DNA of 64,000 bases from Tubiluchus corallicola (GCA_030141605.1 JAQGDQ010000056.1:655353-719352); one strand, 5' to 3'; shown: positions 1 through 25,520, numbered from the stretch's first letter. A program made the numbers and translations. The notes: generated by a model from the sequence alone, not told the origin.

Positions 1-1044
1 AAAAGAGATGGTTTGTTAAATACTTGGTAGCTAGGTAGACATGAAATAGCTCTGAAGGCCCAATATTGCATTTTCGAGATGACTTGCGTATCTTGATTAA
101 CCAGTAGGTCTTCGTAGCGCGTTGAGTTTATCATGACTCACAACGCCAAGTACAGAGTTTTCACCCCTGTATTTTGTAGAGGAACTTTACATTGTTACTT
201 ACAGGCGTAAAAGTTATATTTTATTTACTCTATAGTTGTACATAAGCTATAGTTTACTGATATTATATAAGTTTAAATTAATGTATTTAATGTTATAACA
301 TAATGAATATATTTATGTTGCTCTGCCGTCATATTACTACGTTTACAGTAAAACGATAATATAAGCAATATGACAAAACTGTAGTTAGTTTTGGGTTGTT
401 GACTATTTTAGTGTAAATATATCGATGAAATGAACTCACGACTATTAATTTTTTAAACAAACTCAGCGAAAAAGAAAAAAATGAGAGAAACTCGCACTGA
501 ACCTGGCTTGAACCAGATACTTTTGAGTTACGCCCAATACCAAAGCCACATGGCAGGCTAATCCAAAACCAACAGCTCGCCAGTCAGTCAACCATTTGCG
601 AGTCATGAACTAAAAGTCATTATTATCTAATTAAATTACTTTTTTAAGAATTAAATAGTGTGTGTGTGAATTAATTATTGTTGCCAATGAAGATATTACA
701 GGATGGATGTATTAGTTTCTTGACAGGTACTTTTCACCAACTCTATGAACAGCACTGCAGGTAGTCATATGTCAAAGTCTTTCTGTAGTTATCTTGACGT
801 ATCTAATTGATCGATTTTCATGCTACTATCAACTTACACATGAGTCCCAGTTTGTATCTATACCTATTATCAATGTATGCACATACTTTTTATTGAGATG
901 GTACAAGTTCAATATACATTCGCAACAATTATTTAAAGGTGTTTCTATATTTGCAAATAATGTAAATACCATAACCTTAACGATAACGGTTAATAAACTT
1001 ACAACCCAACATTTTTAATTAGGGTATGAATTAATGAAATGTCT

Positions 1045-4000
1045 TTAACAAGGGTAGAATAAGTAGTTATTCCCAGCCTCAAGATTGCCTCCAGGAGAAC
1101 AAAATGCTTGCCTGAAAAGAAAAGAAAAACATCGAAGAGCAAACAAGTACTTATCTATTTAGCTAATATGAAAACTTATCGACATGTAGTGAGTACTAGG
1201 CGTATGATGAATATATATATTGATGTATAAATTATTATATATAAATATATTATATATATATATATAATTCCGATTTTTCTCACGTTTTAGGCTGGTAACG
1301 TGAGGTATCCTGAGGTACTATAGCACAATAATTTTTTGTACTATAGCACCCAAAGTGTACTATAGAAAATAGGCCACCAAATTTGTATGCTCGTATAAGG
1401 TGCCACAGTTATATGCAAACAGTTCCATACCTTTGAAACAACACTTTGTTAAGTTGCAATATTGTGTGTTACCCTTATTGTTTTTGTTATTTGCACTGGT
1501 TTTGACAACATTGATTATAAAAAAGCAAGAGAGACTTCATTTTTTAAAACTACGTCGAATTGCTGTTTTAAGTGTTCTGCGTCTTATTTTCTTGAGGCAC
1601 TCTGATTGGGTGTATCACAGAGAACCAATTATGTGCAGTATGTGATATTGATGATATTGTCAGTGCAGATCTGCAAAATGCCCTTATCATTTGGTTGTTG
1701 GCTGGTGTTCTGGTAGTAAACATATGATCCAGTCCAGTTTTTCACATACAGGGTAGTTCAATGAAGTGGTGTAAGTTCCTGTTAACTCAACACAGTAAAA
1801 CCCAAAGGCAAACTTGGCTATATTATGGAAAATGGAAAAGAGAAGTTTGGGTGAAAAAGCTTTTCCTGACCATGGATTTCAAACAGAGACTTTTGGACTA
1901 AAAACCACCGTCAATGGTCATTAGATCATTTAGCCAAAGAATCAAAGTAGCTCTTATAATCAAAGTTGGCCTTGGGTCAATCTTAACAACTCACTCACCA
2001 ATTCAATATGCACAGGCGTTAGTTTTCTCACACTTGAGTAGTTATTAATTAATTTAAAGTTAAATTTGATTCGGTGGGAATTAATAATATATTTAATAAA
2101 ATACTTTTGGAAGCGCTATGGCTAAATAAAACCTACGTACCACAAGCACTATGAGACTTGCACACCCTCTTCTTATAAGTTTTTAAATTTGTTTTAAAAT
2201 AAGTGAGTTTTAAATTAAGCTTACTCAATCTGATCTTCTAAGGTAAGGACCGAAATCCTGTCAACTTGAATTTTGGGTTTATTAAAGATTGGCCACTCCC
2301 AAGGTTTATACCACTCGTAGTCATATTCCCACTTGAACTCTATCCGCAAAAGAGAACCGAGAGAGTGTTCGGCAGCAGTCATCCGGTTGAATGAATCACC
2401 AGGTTTTAGATCGGTGCTAGGAAAATGAAACAGCAATTTATAAGTTTTTTCGTGGGAATACTATACATTTGTAGAGAACTTGCACTTACGATGATTAGAA
2501 AATGGAATGGTTTCCAAAACGGAAGCAGTGATGTTTTCATTGTTGTTACTTAAAATAACAAAAATAAAATCTTTTAGGTTAGCAAAAAATAAATAAAAAT
2601 AAAAATTAGAAACAATAAACAGTTGAAGTGAATAAGATTAAAAATATAGGTAATAAAGCAGCCGTTTAACGTGGATGCTAAAATTACTCATTATAGTTGC
2701 AAAATTTCTTTGTTTCTGCAATATGAATTATGAAAATTTGCAATAAGTCGGAACGAGCAATTATCTTACGGACAACTCTATCTCATATCTATCGCTCTAA
2801 CAGTGAGTGCAAACGGTTTAAAGCTTAGACGGAATACCTATAATCGAGAGCTCTTCAATCACTCTTAGTTAGTCTTACAAAATAACGCTTAAAGTACCCC
2901 TACTTTTACATTTAATTAGCATGTTTGAATGCATGAATGAAACAAGTGCTAAAATGCTTCTTTTAAGGAATAAGAATCAAGAATTATTAATCTTAAGTGT
3001 AAGCGTCTAATTTTTGGCAATAACAAGTTTAATTAAGACAAAGTACATCAATAAAATCTATGTTGAAAAATCAATGACGAATACATCTAGTATAGAGAAA
3101 TTAATTAAGCAATAAGCAAGGTATCAACTCCTAAACTAAGTTCCCCTGAGAACAGATATCAAGTCAGGGTTACGGTAGCTCCCGGCTGTTACAGCAAGAA
3201 ATTTTGAGGTTTGTATCGACCTGATCTCTCTCAGGTAAGTTCAAGAGCACAAGAAGTAGGTAGAAAGTTTACAGGAAAAGTTGCATTTTAGGGCGTATAA
3301 ATGTCTTTCAGTTGATATAAGCATTCGCAGGAACAAGTTAAAAAGTATGATGCCTTGTGGTGTTACTGTACGTAACCTTGACAGTTAAATTGACTAGGAA
3401 GGTAGACTTTCCAGGTGTTTGCGCTCAATGTTATAAGAAAAGCTCTTGGAGTAAGTATAAAATTATAAAGTAGTAATGCGTGGATAGCAAAGTCAAGAAA
3501 AATGTTAAATACCTTCCATCAGTAACCTCTAAATAGCCACTCTGGCCAGATGACCCGATCATATTTGCGTAAAGCTGACCTTTTTCTTTGCTGCTACTGG
3601 AATCCATGTGCAGAATGGTGTTGTGGTGATACACTGCAAAAATTATGCTGATTAATAAACCTGCTTGTCCTATCAAAAATCGCTAGTACAGAAAATAAAA
3701 TAAAAACCTTACTTCCAAAAGGCGGATTTTCTCGAGTGTGTAACCAGAATTTTGCTTCTTCGTGTCGTGATGATCCTAGAGCATAATCACCAGCTTTGAA
3801 GCCATAATGGCAACATTGGCCTCCGTCAGCACCACAGTTGGTGCATTGACCTGAAATAAGATGAATATACAGACAGATTAGCAGGACAAGCAGAGAAAGA
3901 GAGAAAGAGAGAAAGAGAGAGAGAGAAAGAGAGGAGAGAAACACAGAGAGAAAGAGACTGCGAGATTGAGAGACATACCAGACACAAAGTCGCTCCAACT

Positions 4001-7000
4001 TGCGCATTCGTAAGCTACATCAGGACGTACTGAATTTATTGAGTCTCCAGCCATGTATACAGCGAAATGATGATTACAGGCTACAAATTGTCTTATACCT
4101 ATTTAAAAATAAATAGCTATATTACCAAGTAATTATTCCTTTATTACCTAGTATTATTTTAAACATTGAAAAACTAAAGCTGTTCTTGTACATGTTTAAT
4201 TGTTCCTCTTCATATTTCTATTGTGTACAAACCATCCATTTTCAAGTGTAAAGCGGCAACCCATATAGCATTAAATTTGAACCGTGATACCTTAAAACTA
4301 TTGCCATTTGCAATGCAATTTAAATGATTGCTGTCTTTCTGGAAATTTTCTTACTTACTGTCCCTTAATTGCAGAGCGACCACTTAGCATTATCGTGCCA
4401 CTTTTCATTTAAATATAGGATTTATATAAATGTTTATTACCTCTGACATGGTATGCGGGATTTTAATGTACACGCAATGTACAAAATTTGACGATAGCTT
4501 TAATAACCCGTTATAATAGACACGTGTTCCATTTTGAACATATGAAAATAAAATATGTTTGAGTAGGAACTGAACTGGATGTAGAATTTGAGCTGGAGTG
4601 TCCTACCTTCCACAATACCTTCTACCCAAATTTCTATCACCAGTCCATCATCGCATCCGGGCATGTCTCGGCCACCATTGGGGTAGATATCGACATGAGC
4701 ACAAGGTTCCCACATACCAAGCCCTGAAATGAAATGTAAAAACAGTTCTTTAATAAAAAATTTAAAACTGAGTCTGCGAGCCTTGTTGAAAACGCATTTA
4801 TTGCGTAGAGCCCAACCGCTTGAATTAGAAATAGCCGACTTCAGAAATGCAGATGTGGCATAATACTGAATTGGGCAATTGCAGCGTCAGATTTGTTGAA
4901 AAGTATTATAAGGATTGCTTTTCTTAACGTATAACGTATAGTTATTGTTGTTGCTGTTGCTACTACTTCTGCTGCTGCTGCTGTTGTTGTTGTTGTTGTT
5001 CTGTGTTATCATTGCTAACGTTATTATTATTTACGATCGTCGTCGTCGTCATCATCAGTATTGTCATCGTCACCGGCGCAGTAACTGCCGAATTCAGTAT
5101 TATATCGCATCTGTGTAGAGAATTGTTAATCTTTTGGCTGCTCTAGCTACCATTTTCTTGTAATAGCCGTTTATTTCTCTGTTACTCATCTGTTTCAGTA
5201 ACAATAATGTTTATTACTTAAGTTTTTAGTGAATGCACCACTTGGCAAATTGCTTTTCAAAAAGAGATTTTAGATAATTACCTAAGAGGAATATGGACTT
5301 TCCATCAGTGTGTATTGCGTCAACGAACTCAGCGTCAGTAGGATCAAGACGAATATCTGGACTGCAATGTTCAAAATAAGGCTCAGCCGGATCCATACCT
5401 ACGATGAATAATATCATTATTGTTGTCACGTCATTGCTGACGTTGGCATTTTCATCATCATTGTTACTGAAATTCATTATCATTATTATCATCCTTGTTA
5501 ACAACAACATCTAGACCATTGGTAATGCTGTGGAAGTAATAATAATGGCATCAAAAGTAGTATCAATGATGACAATGAATAGAGCAGTGACAGAAATGAG
5601 AAAAACAATAGCAGGCCAGCAGTTGCAGCAATAACCACAAGAATTGGGCAGCTGAATTGCTCAATTATAGGATATTTGAAAAGACTTATATACTGTCATA
5701 CACTCGCATTGAAAATTAAACAGAATAAGGGGAACGGGCACATTGTCACGGCATGTGTTTTGTGATAAATTTAAGCAATGTCAAAGCTGGTAAGTGAATA
5801 ATCTTGGATCCAAGACTCACTTTGGAAGTTGCATTCGCAATACATATTTTTGGCTGTTTACCTCATGGAGGGAGAACCTATTTTATAACGTGCAGTGACT
5901 AAATTTTGCCAAAATATTGCTCATCCCTGTTTATGCAAAACGGTGAATAGTGAAAATCATCGTTAAAAACACCTAATAAGTCTAAAGATGGTTTATTTGT
6001 CTTTTTGTTGTAGGCAATCACATAAATTGGAAAAACATTAAATGCAGGTTAAAGTGAAATATCAACGAAATGTGTTTTTATTATAGCATTCTCGTGGACA
6101 TTTTCAGTCAACAGATGTCGTCGCGTTCTTGCAAAAATTAAGCCGAGGCCTTAGGTCGCCAAATTTCAAAGCTCAAGCTAAGAAGTTTAAATCTTACTAT
6201 TCCAGTGCGTACTGACGTCATCGGGTTTTAAACCTGATATTTGATGTAGCTGAAGTGGCCCGTTACTACACGAACACGTACTTGTATGAATTAATTACAG
6301 TAGACCAAGAAGTACGCTACCTGTAATACGACCCAGTCCAGGTATAAGACTTCCAGCATAACCTGCAGTATGCGATCCGAGACTGTGCCCAAATACGTGG
6401 ACCTGACTGGCATGTGCACCAAAATCACTCTGCAAGGTTTGGGAAAAATTAATAACAAGATGATTTCTTATTGCCTCACGCCATTTTTGAGTTGATAAAT
6501 TTCATTCATCCAAGCATACCTAATATAGTTCTGCCACTGCAGGATTTCATCTTAAAGGATTATTCTTAATAGTTGATTAAATTCTGGTCGTGTCACAACT
6601 AGCAATACAACAAGTTGGTCCTACAACAAAGCTGTTGAGCGCCGAGTACTGTCTTCAGATACATAACGGAAGTGAAAAATCAAAGGTAGATTAACTTTTC
6701 TGGATTAGCATCAAAATTTTTAGTTGTTATTGACAGATGGCGCTATTGACCTGCACTCTACATTATTAAGTGTAACGCGTCTATTGAATACTAAGATATT
6801 TAACAGTGCAATTTGAAGAACTTAGTTAATCAGACAATGTAGACACATAATTTAGAAGGAGTTGCTGAAGTGATGATAACTCAAATAGTAAATCCTTGAC
6901 AAAATAGAGGACACTGAATTGTTTACCTCCACGAAGAAGTAAAGAGTGTGAGTTATATGAGTTTGACTGTCTTAGTATAATGATTATTTTTCTTCAGAAC

Positions 7001-8801
7001 TAAACAAGGGGTTAAGTTGTACGAGATAGTGAAAATAATTTTTTGTCGGTAAAAAAACACGTAGTTTGAATTTAGATCTGGCTTTTGGTTTTTAATAAGA
7101 ATGTTTTTTAATTTCTTGTTTGTACCATCCACAAGCTTTCAAATGTACACTGTGTGCTGTTACGATAATCAAACCCTGCTTATGCTATTATAGAAAAAAT
7201 ATAAAGCAGGCTTCCAATATCTGTAATACTAATATACTATAATCAAAACTGTCCAATTATTATTACAGTAGCGCAGGCTAATATTTATAAAACTTAATAC
7301 CCAATACTTACTATAAGATAGTTTACAAGTTTAGCTATTTCAGCTCCAACTACTCGTGTATTGGCTGTAGCTTGTGCGTATAAAGCAATGGAACCAGCTC
7401 CCCAATTAACACCGATTACGTTACAGTCTTCGTTTTTCAAAAACTCGTCTTTCATCTCCTGTTATAATTCATTAATATATTTTTTGCACGTGCCAAGTAA
7501 AAAATGTAGAGTAAAAAATGAAAGGGATACAACGTTTCAGCACGCAAAAACTATCATAAGGTGGCTTATAATCATAATCTCTTGGTATTGATATTATTAG
7601 CCGAATCGAGAAAAATTATTAAGGAAAAACTAAAATCGAATCGAGAAAGTTCCACTAAGACAAGTTTTACAACAGCATTTAAAAAGCCTAAAAAATGTTA
7701 ATCGTGTTATTTATGCCAAATTTTGATTTTTTCCCCACATCTATTTTAAAAATATAATGAGGTAATTATAATTATTCTATTGTTTTCCCTTGTGCAGGCA
7801 GGTTCAGTTATCGTGAACGTAACTTTCCCTTTTTATCAAATGCCTCATCTTTTCAGATATTGCCAGACAGAAGAATCTCCAAGAAATAAAAAGCAGTATT
7901 TTAGCAAAAAAAGCTGAACTTCCTATATACAATTTTTATTATAAAAATGTTTTTATCTCCTCTTGGAAACTTACTTCAATCCAGCTGACCCAACCTTGGT
8001 CCAAGTATCCATGTACTATAAGATAAGTTTTCTTGGTCCCATCAAAGTTAGAGTTTGCAACATTATCTCTGTCGCCTGCCACTAGGAGATATGGTTCTTC
8101 CGAGTTCCTTAGAGTGAATAGACGAAATCTCGTGTTGATTTTGTCTGGAGACTGGGGTAGATAGCTAACCGGGCGATAGGGAGGATCGTAAAACGGGTAT
8201 CCGCTACAAAACTCTCCCAGATCCCCATAGGTTACACAACTATTAACGAAGTCAGGTTTTCTAACTTCGGCATCAGTTCCTAAAATAATTAACAGGTACA
8301 GGTATTAACATCTATAAAAACACGACTGTTTGCTTCCATGTTTGACTGTTTAATGGTCAGTTGATTAGTCAGTCTGACTGTTTTAAGGCGAGTTTTTTTA
8401 ACTTTTATAAACTTTCACTTATCTATAAACTATGACTTATATGGCTCCCAGGCTTATAAGTTATAAGAGGATTAAGTTGATAAATTTTTAAAATAACGAA
8501 AAGACACTTGACGTGTTACAACAGATTTCAAGAAGTAATCACAATGCAAATCAGAAAAATGAGGAATTTAGCTGATGCGACAATAGCTTAGAATATGATA
8601 TAACTTCAGCGACTCATTCATTTTACTCAAAAAAAATAATTTGTTTCGTTGTCTACAGTTATCAGCTAAATTGGACGCAAACATATTGACAATAAAATAA
8701 ATAAAAAGCCAGATTATTTTACGTTACAAAAATAATCAGACTTACATACCCAATACAGCCCCAGCGAGGCTGGCCAAAAGAAGTAAGACCTTTCCGCACA
8801 T
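1045..8801 (-). CDS. Pancreatic lipase-related protein, copy A (signal peptide + alpha/beta-hydrolase lipase domain + C-terminal PLAT-like domain), 494 aa, 11 coding exons
   Basis: Exons (minus): 8801-8750, 8279-7975, 7458-7312, 6429-6321, 5398-5282, 4723-4607, 4098-3979, 3850-3713, 3633-3513, 2416-2225, 1111-1045. All introns are GT-AG, phases are consistent, total 1485 nt ending TAA. Motifs: signal [37 protein letters not shown] (catalytic Ser), [13 protein letters not shown] (Asp), [30 protein letters not shown] (His), terminal FCS...YPC. Confidence 0.95.
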
Positions 8802-11165
8802 GACTTAGGTAGAAAGTGAAGCGTTTTAGTATTTGTCAAATAAATTTGAGGATTGTGTTGGCACGAACTTCGTAGAGCATGCGAAAGTGCACACCTGTGT
8901 TTTTTGTGTCATACAACAAATTGGTGACTCCTAGACTGTTGCAGTAAGCCTAAGTCTGGAATGTGATTATAAGGACAAAGCTCCAACTTTGCAACTTACT
9001 ACCATTCCACTTTATTTTATAAAACAAAAAAGCAAAGCAAAGAAAAGAAGAAAAAACAACAAAAGACTTGCAATGAATTAAAGTGGAAAATGATACTATA
9101 AGTAAAAGGCAGATGAGTAGATGAGAAAGGTCGTTCATTTCCTCTCACTATTTTTGTCTGTTTCGCTCTTACACCTTCCTTATTTCGTTCATTTCTCTGT
9201 CTCTCTCTCTCTTTCTCTGTCTCCCCTTGTGCACGTGCATGTTCGTGTGTGCGTGCATGTTTGATTATTTAAAAATTGGGTGATTGACTATTTGCGTGCA
9301 TATTTTATTATTAAATACAGTTTAATTACTAAAAAGACCTGTTACATCACAACTATTTACTATTCCTTAGTCTGTCCGTATTTAAATTACGTTAGGGAGC
9401 TACGTACATGACAAACCCTAAACCTTTATGTAGTCTTCCGTTCTTAAATTCCTTCGTTTATATATTTTTTGGACCAAATAAATTCTTTCCGGCAATTGTC
9501 TAATTTTGCATAGATTGTACCCAAGGACGTACAACAAAGCTGAACAGAAGAGTCACCAGCTTATAGTGATTCTTCTTTATCATCAATAGCTTTTTGCGCA
9601 ACCTTAGGAACATGTAGATGGGACATATATATCCAAGACAAAAAGCCTATTTTAAGGGCAAATAGCAATTCTTGTATTCCTAAACATTGCTGAGAAAAGC
9701 AGTATAAAGGATGTATAAAAGCAAGGATATCGTAATATTAATGTAATAGGTCTTGGACTACGTTTTCATCGGTCTTTTTGTATGATGGTCTATAACCTTC
9801 TATGGCATGAATGATCAATGCTTTAGTTACCCTAGTACAGACTCAAATTCCCAGGACCATCACAAATTACCAAAGGTAGCAGTGTTTCCCTGGAAAACAA
9901 ATGTCACAAGGAACTTTAGTGCGGAAATATCCCGCCTACACTATAGCATGCAGATCTATAGTTCAAGCCAGGATTAGCCCATTTGCGACAATATAGTGCT
10001 AGTTTTCGCAGCTGCTGTGAGCAGTGTCTCAGTCGCTGTTCTATCTGTCAGAATGTAAATCGCATCAAACCCAAACAATCCAATGGAAGACAAAAATGTG
10101 GATTTTAAGTTTTAGTAAAACTCTTTTAAGAAAAATTGTTTTGTAGCTACATTGTAGGTCTGACTTACGTAGAAGAAAAAGTAGTCGATGCGAGTGATCA
10201 GAAAATGTTGATTCCCTTTCATCCACATGTTCAGCCAAACTGTAAGCTATTAGGAGTAACAGTAGATCCAGCTCTACTTTAAGCAGGTAATGCAAAACCT
10301 ACAATTGCAGGAGCTTTAAATCTGACAGAGAATGCATGCCTAATTAGATGATTTCAACCTGGCCATTGCGTCCTTCTTTTTGAGATATTAGTTATGTATA
10401 AAAGCGCATTCTAGATCTTTTAGCTTTTCTTGTCTGCTGTGATGTTTCATCACTTATATGCCGCTCTATACATCCCGAAACGGGTCCGCGCTTGTCCCCG
10501 GATTCGTTACAATATATTCGTGTGGCATGTATTCGCGCGTGTTACATATGTACTGTTTGTCTAGGTTACGCGAGTCAAACAGGAAAGTCACCGATTGTTA
10601 ACGTTTTTGCAATCTGATAGCAAGAACTTCCAACGACTTTTCTTAACCATGCCTACAGACGTGTAGAAGTGTATTAGTTATGCACTTTTTTCAAATTTGC
10701 ATAAAATTTGTCTAAAAAGAATTTTCAAAAGTTTTAGTTTATCTATGCATGTTTTCAGGTTTGTTTAAAAATAAAAAATGTAGTGTGTAGAGATTTTCGA
10801 GACACTATTGCCAATATGGATATTTTTGCGGGTAGGTGTTGGTTTGGTTCTTGACAGTGTACTTATCACGAACTCCATGAAGAGCATTATTAGTAGCCAG
10901 GTCAGGGTAAATGTCTTTCTGTTTTCATTATGTTGATAATCATTGTATAGTTGAAACAATTTTCTTGCTATTATTTTCAATATATAAATGTTTTTTTTAC
11001 TGGTACAAGCTTAATATACATTTGCTAGAATTATTTATTCGAATCATTAAAGGTGTTACACATTTGCAAATGATGTAAATATCGTGACCATAATTTTGGC
11101 AGTTAACAGATTTACAATTTAACACTTTCAGTCACGTTGGTTCGTGTTGAGATGTTGAGACGTCT

Positions 11166-22322
<11,157 letters not shown>

Positions 22323-24310
22323 GATTTCCGTAGAAAGTGAAACACCCTGAGTGTCTTTGTTAGCAAAATTTGTGGATTGTGTTGGCACAAATGTCGTAGT
22401 GCGTGTGAAAGTGTACACCTGTATTTCTGTGCTGCACAACAACTAAGTGATTCCCAGATTACTGTAGTAAGCCTAAGTCTGGAATGTGATTATTAGGACA
22501 AGGCAAATAAAACTCTCCAAATCCATCACTTATGATCCTGGAACCTTATTTTAAAAGAGCAAGAAAAGCAAAATAAAGAAATAAAGATGCGAAAAGAAAT
22601 GTAAATTGAGGTAATTAAAAACGAAAAACGCTGAAATAAGAAAAAGGGAGCGGAATAAGTAAACAGACTTTTCTCTTACTTGTCTTTGTCTGTTTTTCTC
22701 TAAAACACACTCTTTATCAGTGTCTGCCTGTCTCTATCACTCTTTTCTGCAACTTTAATTTCAAGTCTTCCTGCATAGATCAGGGAACACAAAGAGTTGT
22801 AACGATGAGAAGAAAACACGCTTAGCAGTGTCGTGGCTACGCAAGCTTATTGTAGGAAGTTGTAGAAAGTAGAAATACTTATAGATCAGTGCGTTACACA
22901 TCGATTTCTAGTACTGCATAGATTGTAGCTAACATTAAAGCTAAACAAGGGAAGTACCAGCTTATAATGCTTCTTCTTTCTTGGCATTAGTTTTTATATA
23001 ATATATTTTGTACAATGCATAATATTTAATATATTTATGTAACAACGTAGTATTGCTAGCACTGGTGTCGCCACCTACCAAAGTTAGCTTATTATTGATC
23101 TAAGTTACCTAATTGAAGTTATTATAGCTTACACTTAATTCTTGATCACCCACAGAATTGATTTGGTGGTATGGAATTTTAAACGAAGGCATTTTCGTAA
23201 TATTTCATGTTTTCTCGCCGTTTATGTGAAACAGCGAACTGCCGTTTTTTCTTTATTAACTGATTTGTGTTTTTTCTGTTTTGAAGTGACATTTGCTCGT
23301 AATTTTATTGGAGTGCTTATATAACAGTGTTGCTGTCGCAATTGTGTGTAAATTATGATCTACATTTTAGTTTGTCGGCATTTCCCTGTCAGTAATTAGT
23401 AAAACTAATTCCAATGTTTTATAATTACAATGAAGTGCGATTTTCTGCTTATTGTCAGTAGCTACTTATTGTCAAGCATGGGTAAACAAACCTTTGCAAA
23501 TGTTAATAGCAAGCCACGGGAGCGTAAATATCTCACCGTGATGCATTCTGTGATTAAACAATGCAACGCAGAGTGCACTTTGCTTGAAAGTTTGTATACA
23601 GTGTCGATACGTTCTTTTTGATTTTTAATTGACAAATAGCTTTGTATTTCTCTTTTCGCAGTTAAATAGAAATTGTAATTGATATATTGATATTTATACA
23701 TCAGTAATTACTAGTACTTGTGTTTCCGCCTACTTGTTAAACTAAATTTGCCGTGACGCATTTCTCTAAGTTTATTCATCGCATTTTCTGGGTCGCTACC
23801 TTATTGTGCGTTGTCACCCTTGAGGTCTCAAATACTCAGCCAACCGGCTGACCTACGTTGCTGACCCAGCAAATGTAGTAAAATAATATAGAAATGGTAA
23901 TTAGTGTGTAAGAAAGATGGACAAAACTCCCAAAAATTGATGGACAAACGAACTCTGATGCAATTTTATTCAATATTAAATTATTCTGATAGGCTGAGAC
24001 CTGAGACTCCTCAACGAATGGAAAGAAGTTATGGCAGAGTCAATGTGAATAGACAGTTACACTGAGTCAGAGCGGAAAAACCTGTGTAAAATTTTGAAAC
24101 TGCGTATTTTGCTAATTTTATATTTTAACGAAACAATTTTCATGCTGCCGACCAAACTATGTGCTTGCTGGCGCACAGACAGACGTACACTCCGATAGGG
24201 CGGCGAGTCCCGACAGGATATAACTATTGCAAAAATTGTGGTCATAAGTAAACTTGGAGGAGAACGATTTGAAAGCAGAGTCCTACCCAGTGTGAGGTCA
24301 ACGATCGCAA

Positions 24311-24719
24311 CGTCAGCACCCGTAACCGTATTCGTAATCTGAACACCTACCTGCAATCTCAGCACCCGCCATCCCAGCATTTGCACCTCAGTACCCGCAA
24401 CTTTAGTACCATAACCTGACTGAGCTCCCTTAACCTCTGCATTCGCAGCTTTAGCACCCACATACTAGTGGTGGGCGATACCGCCGATTTCAAGTAATCG
24501 CGATTACCGATTACATTTTGGTAGTAATCGATTACTAAGATCGCTTGTCCGGCATCTGGACCTGACAGGGGTGTTAGTATGTCTATATATGCAAATCTGT
24601 GCACCCAACATCCAGAAATGCAATGAACTAATGCTGTAACAACACTAGTTGCAGTAGGGCTACTTCGATTCTAACTTGTGTTATTAATTATATTATGTAA
24701 TTTTAAAGCAAAATGTACT

Positions 24720-24781
<62 letters not shown>

Positions 24782-25520
24782 CGTGCGTGCGTGTGTGTAT
24801 AGACCTGAAAGCACTCCTTTAACTGACTAACTGATATCAAATTTGGGAACATTAGGCTTTTTTTGCAAAAGTTTCTCAAATTTTGTTGTCGCAAAGTTCC
24901 GAAGTTATCTACATTTAAAAGCTTAATAATGTACATGAAAGAGAATTTTTCTCTATTAGAAAAAAAGTTATTTAACTAAAACTATAGAGTCACACTTACA
25001 TAAAACCTTTTTTTGTGGTATAGAAAGCAGGCTTAATTAGCAAGCAGTATTATTTTTATATTGCATTGTAATTATTTGTTTAGGTCAGTCTGGTCAGACG
25101 TCAAGCCACACACAGACAGGACAATACGTCGTTTTGTCGCAGCCCAGCAGCAGGTCGCGTACTGCCACAATATACACGCTATAAGTCACTGTCTGAAGAT
25201 AGAGTCAGGAGCTTTCCGAGCTTTGCGTTTAAGAGCGTTTATTGTTTACATCCGCAATTTTTCAGTGTTAAATCTCATTTGAAACGCATTTCATTTTTTG
25301 TGTTTCAAATCATTATAAATTCATAGGCATAAAATTAATCGTTTAGTATTCGATTACTTAGCAAAGTAATCGATACTAGAGGCTTGCGGGCAAGTAATTG
25401 AATTAATCGATTACTTATGATCGATTACGCCCACTACTACCACATACAACTTCAATATTTGCAACCTTAATACCGCAACCCTAGCACCTGCAAGGTCAGC
25501 ACCCGCAACTCAGCACGTGC
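24311..25520. repeat. Degenerate ~14-bp minisatellite (consensus about TCAGCACCCGCAAC) split by the hAT MITE
   Basis: Units such as tcagcacccgtaac, tcagcacccgccat, tcagtacccgcaac at 24311-24465; the array resumes at 25448-25520 (ctagcacctgcaag, tcagcacccgcaac, tcagcacgtgca). Confidence 0.7.
24466..25439. mobile_element. Non-autonomous hAT-type MITE (974 bp)
   Basis: TIRs TAGTGGTGGGCG / reverse complement TAGTAGTGGGCG (11/12 match); perfect 8-bp TSD CCACATAC at 24458-24465 and 25440-25447; subterminal TAATCGATTA/GATTAC repeats at both ends; internal (TA)(TG) microsatellite. Confidence 0.88.

Noticed and set aside
489-1920. tRNA-like fragments near 490-560 and 1860-1910 (minus strand)
   Set aside because: Only a degenerate B-box-like stretch with no cloverleaf; at most old SINE remnants.
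24057-24604. 134-aa and 81-aa minus-strand ORFs; array-like repeats that might suggest CRISPR
   Set aside because: Explained by a degenerate tandem minisatellite and the MITE end; no repeat-spacer structure, no cas genes, eukaryotic context.
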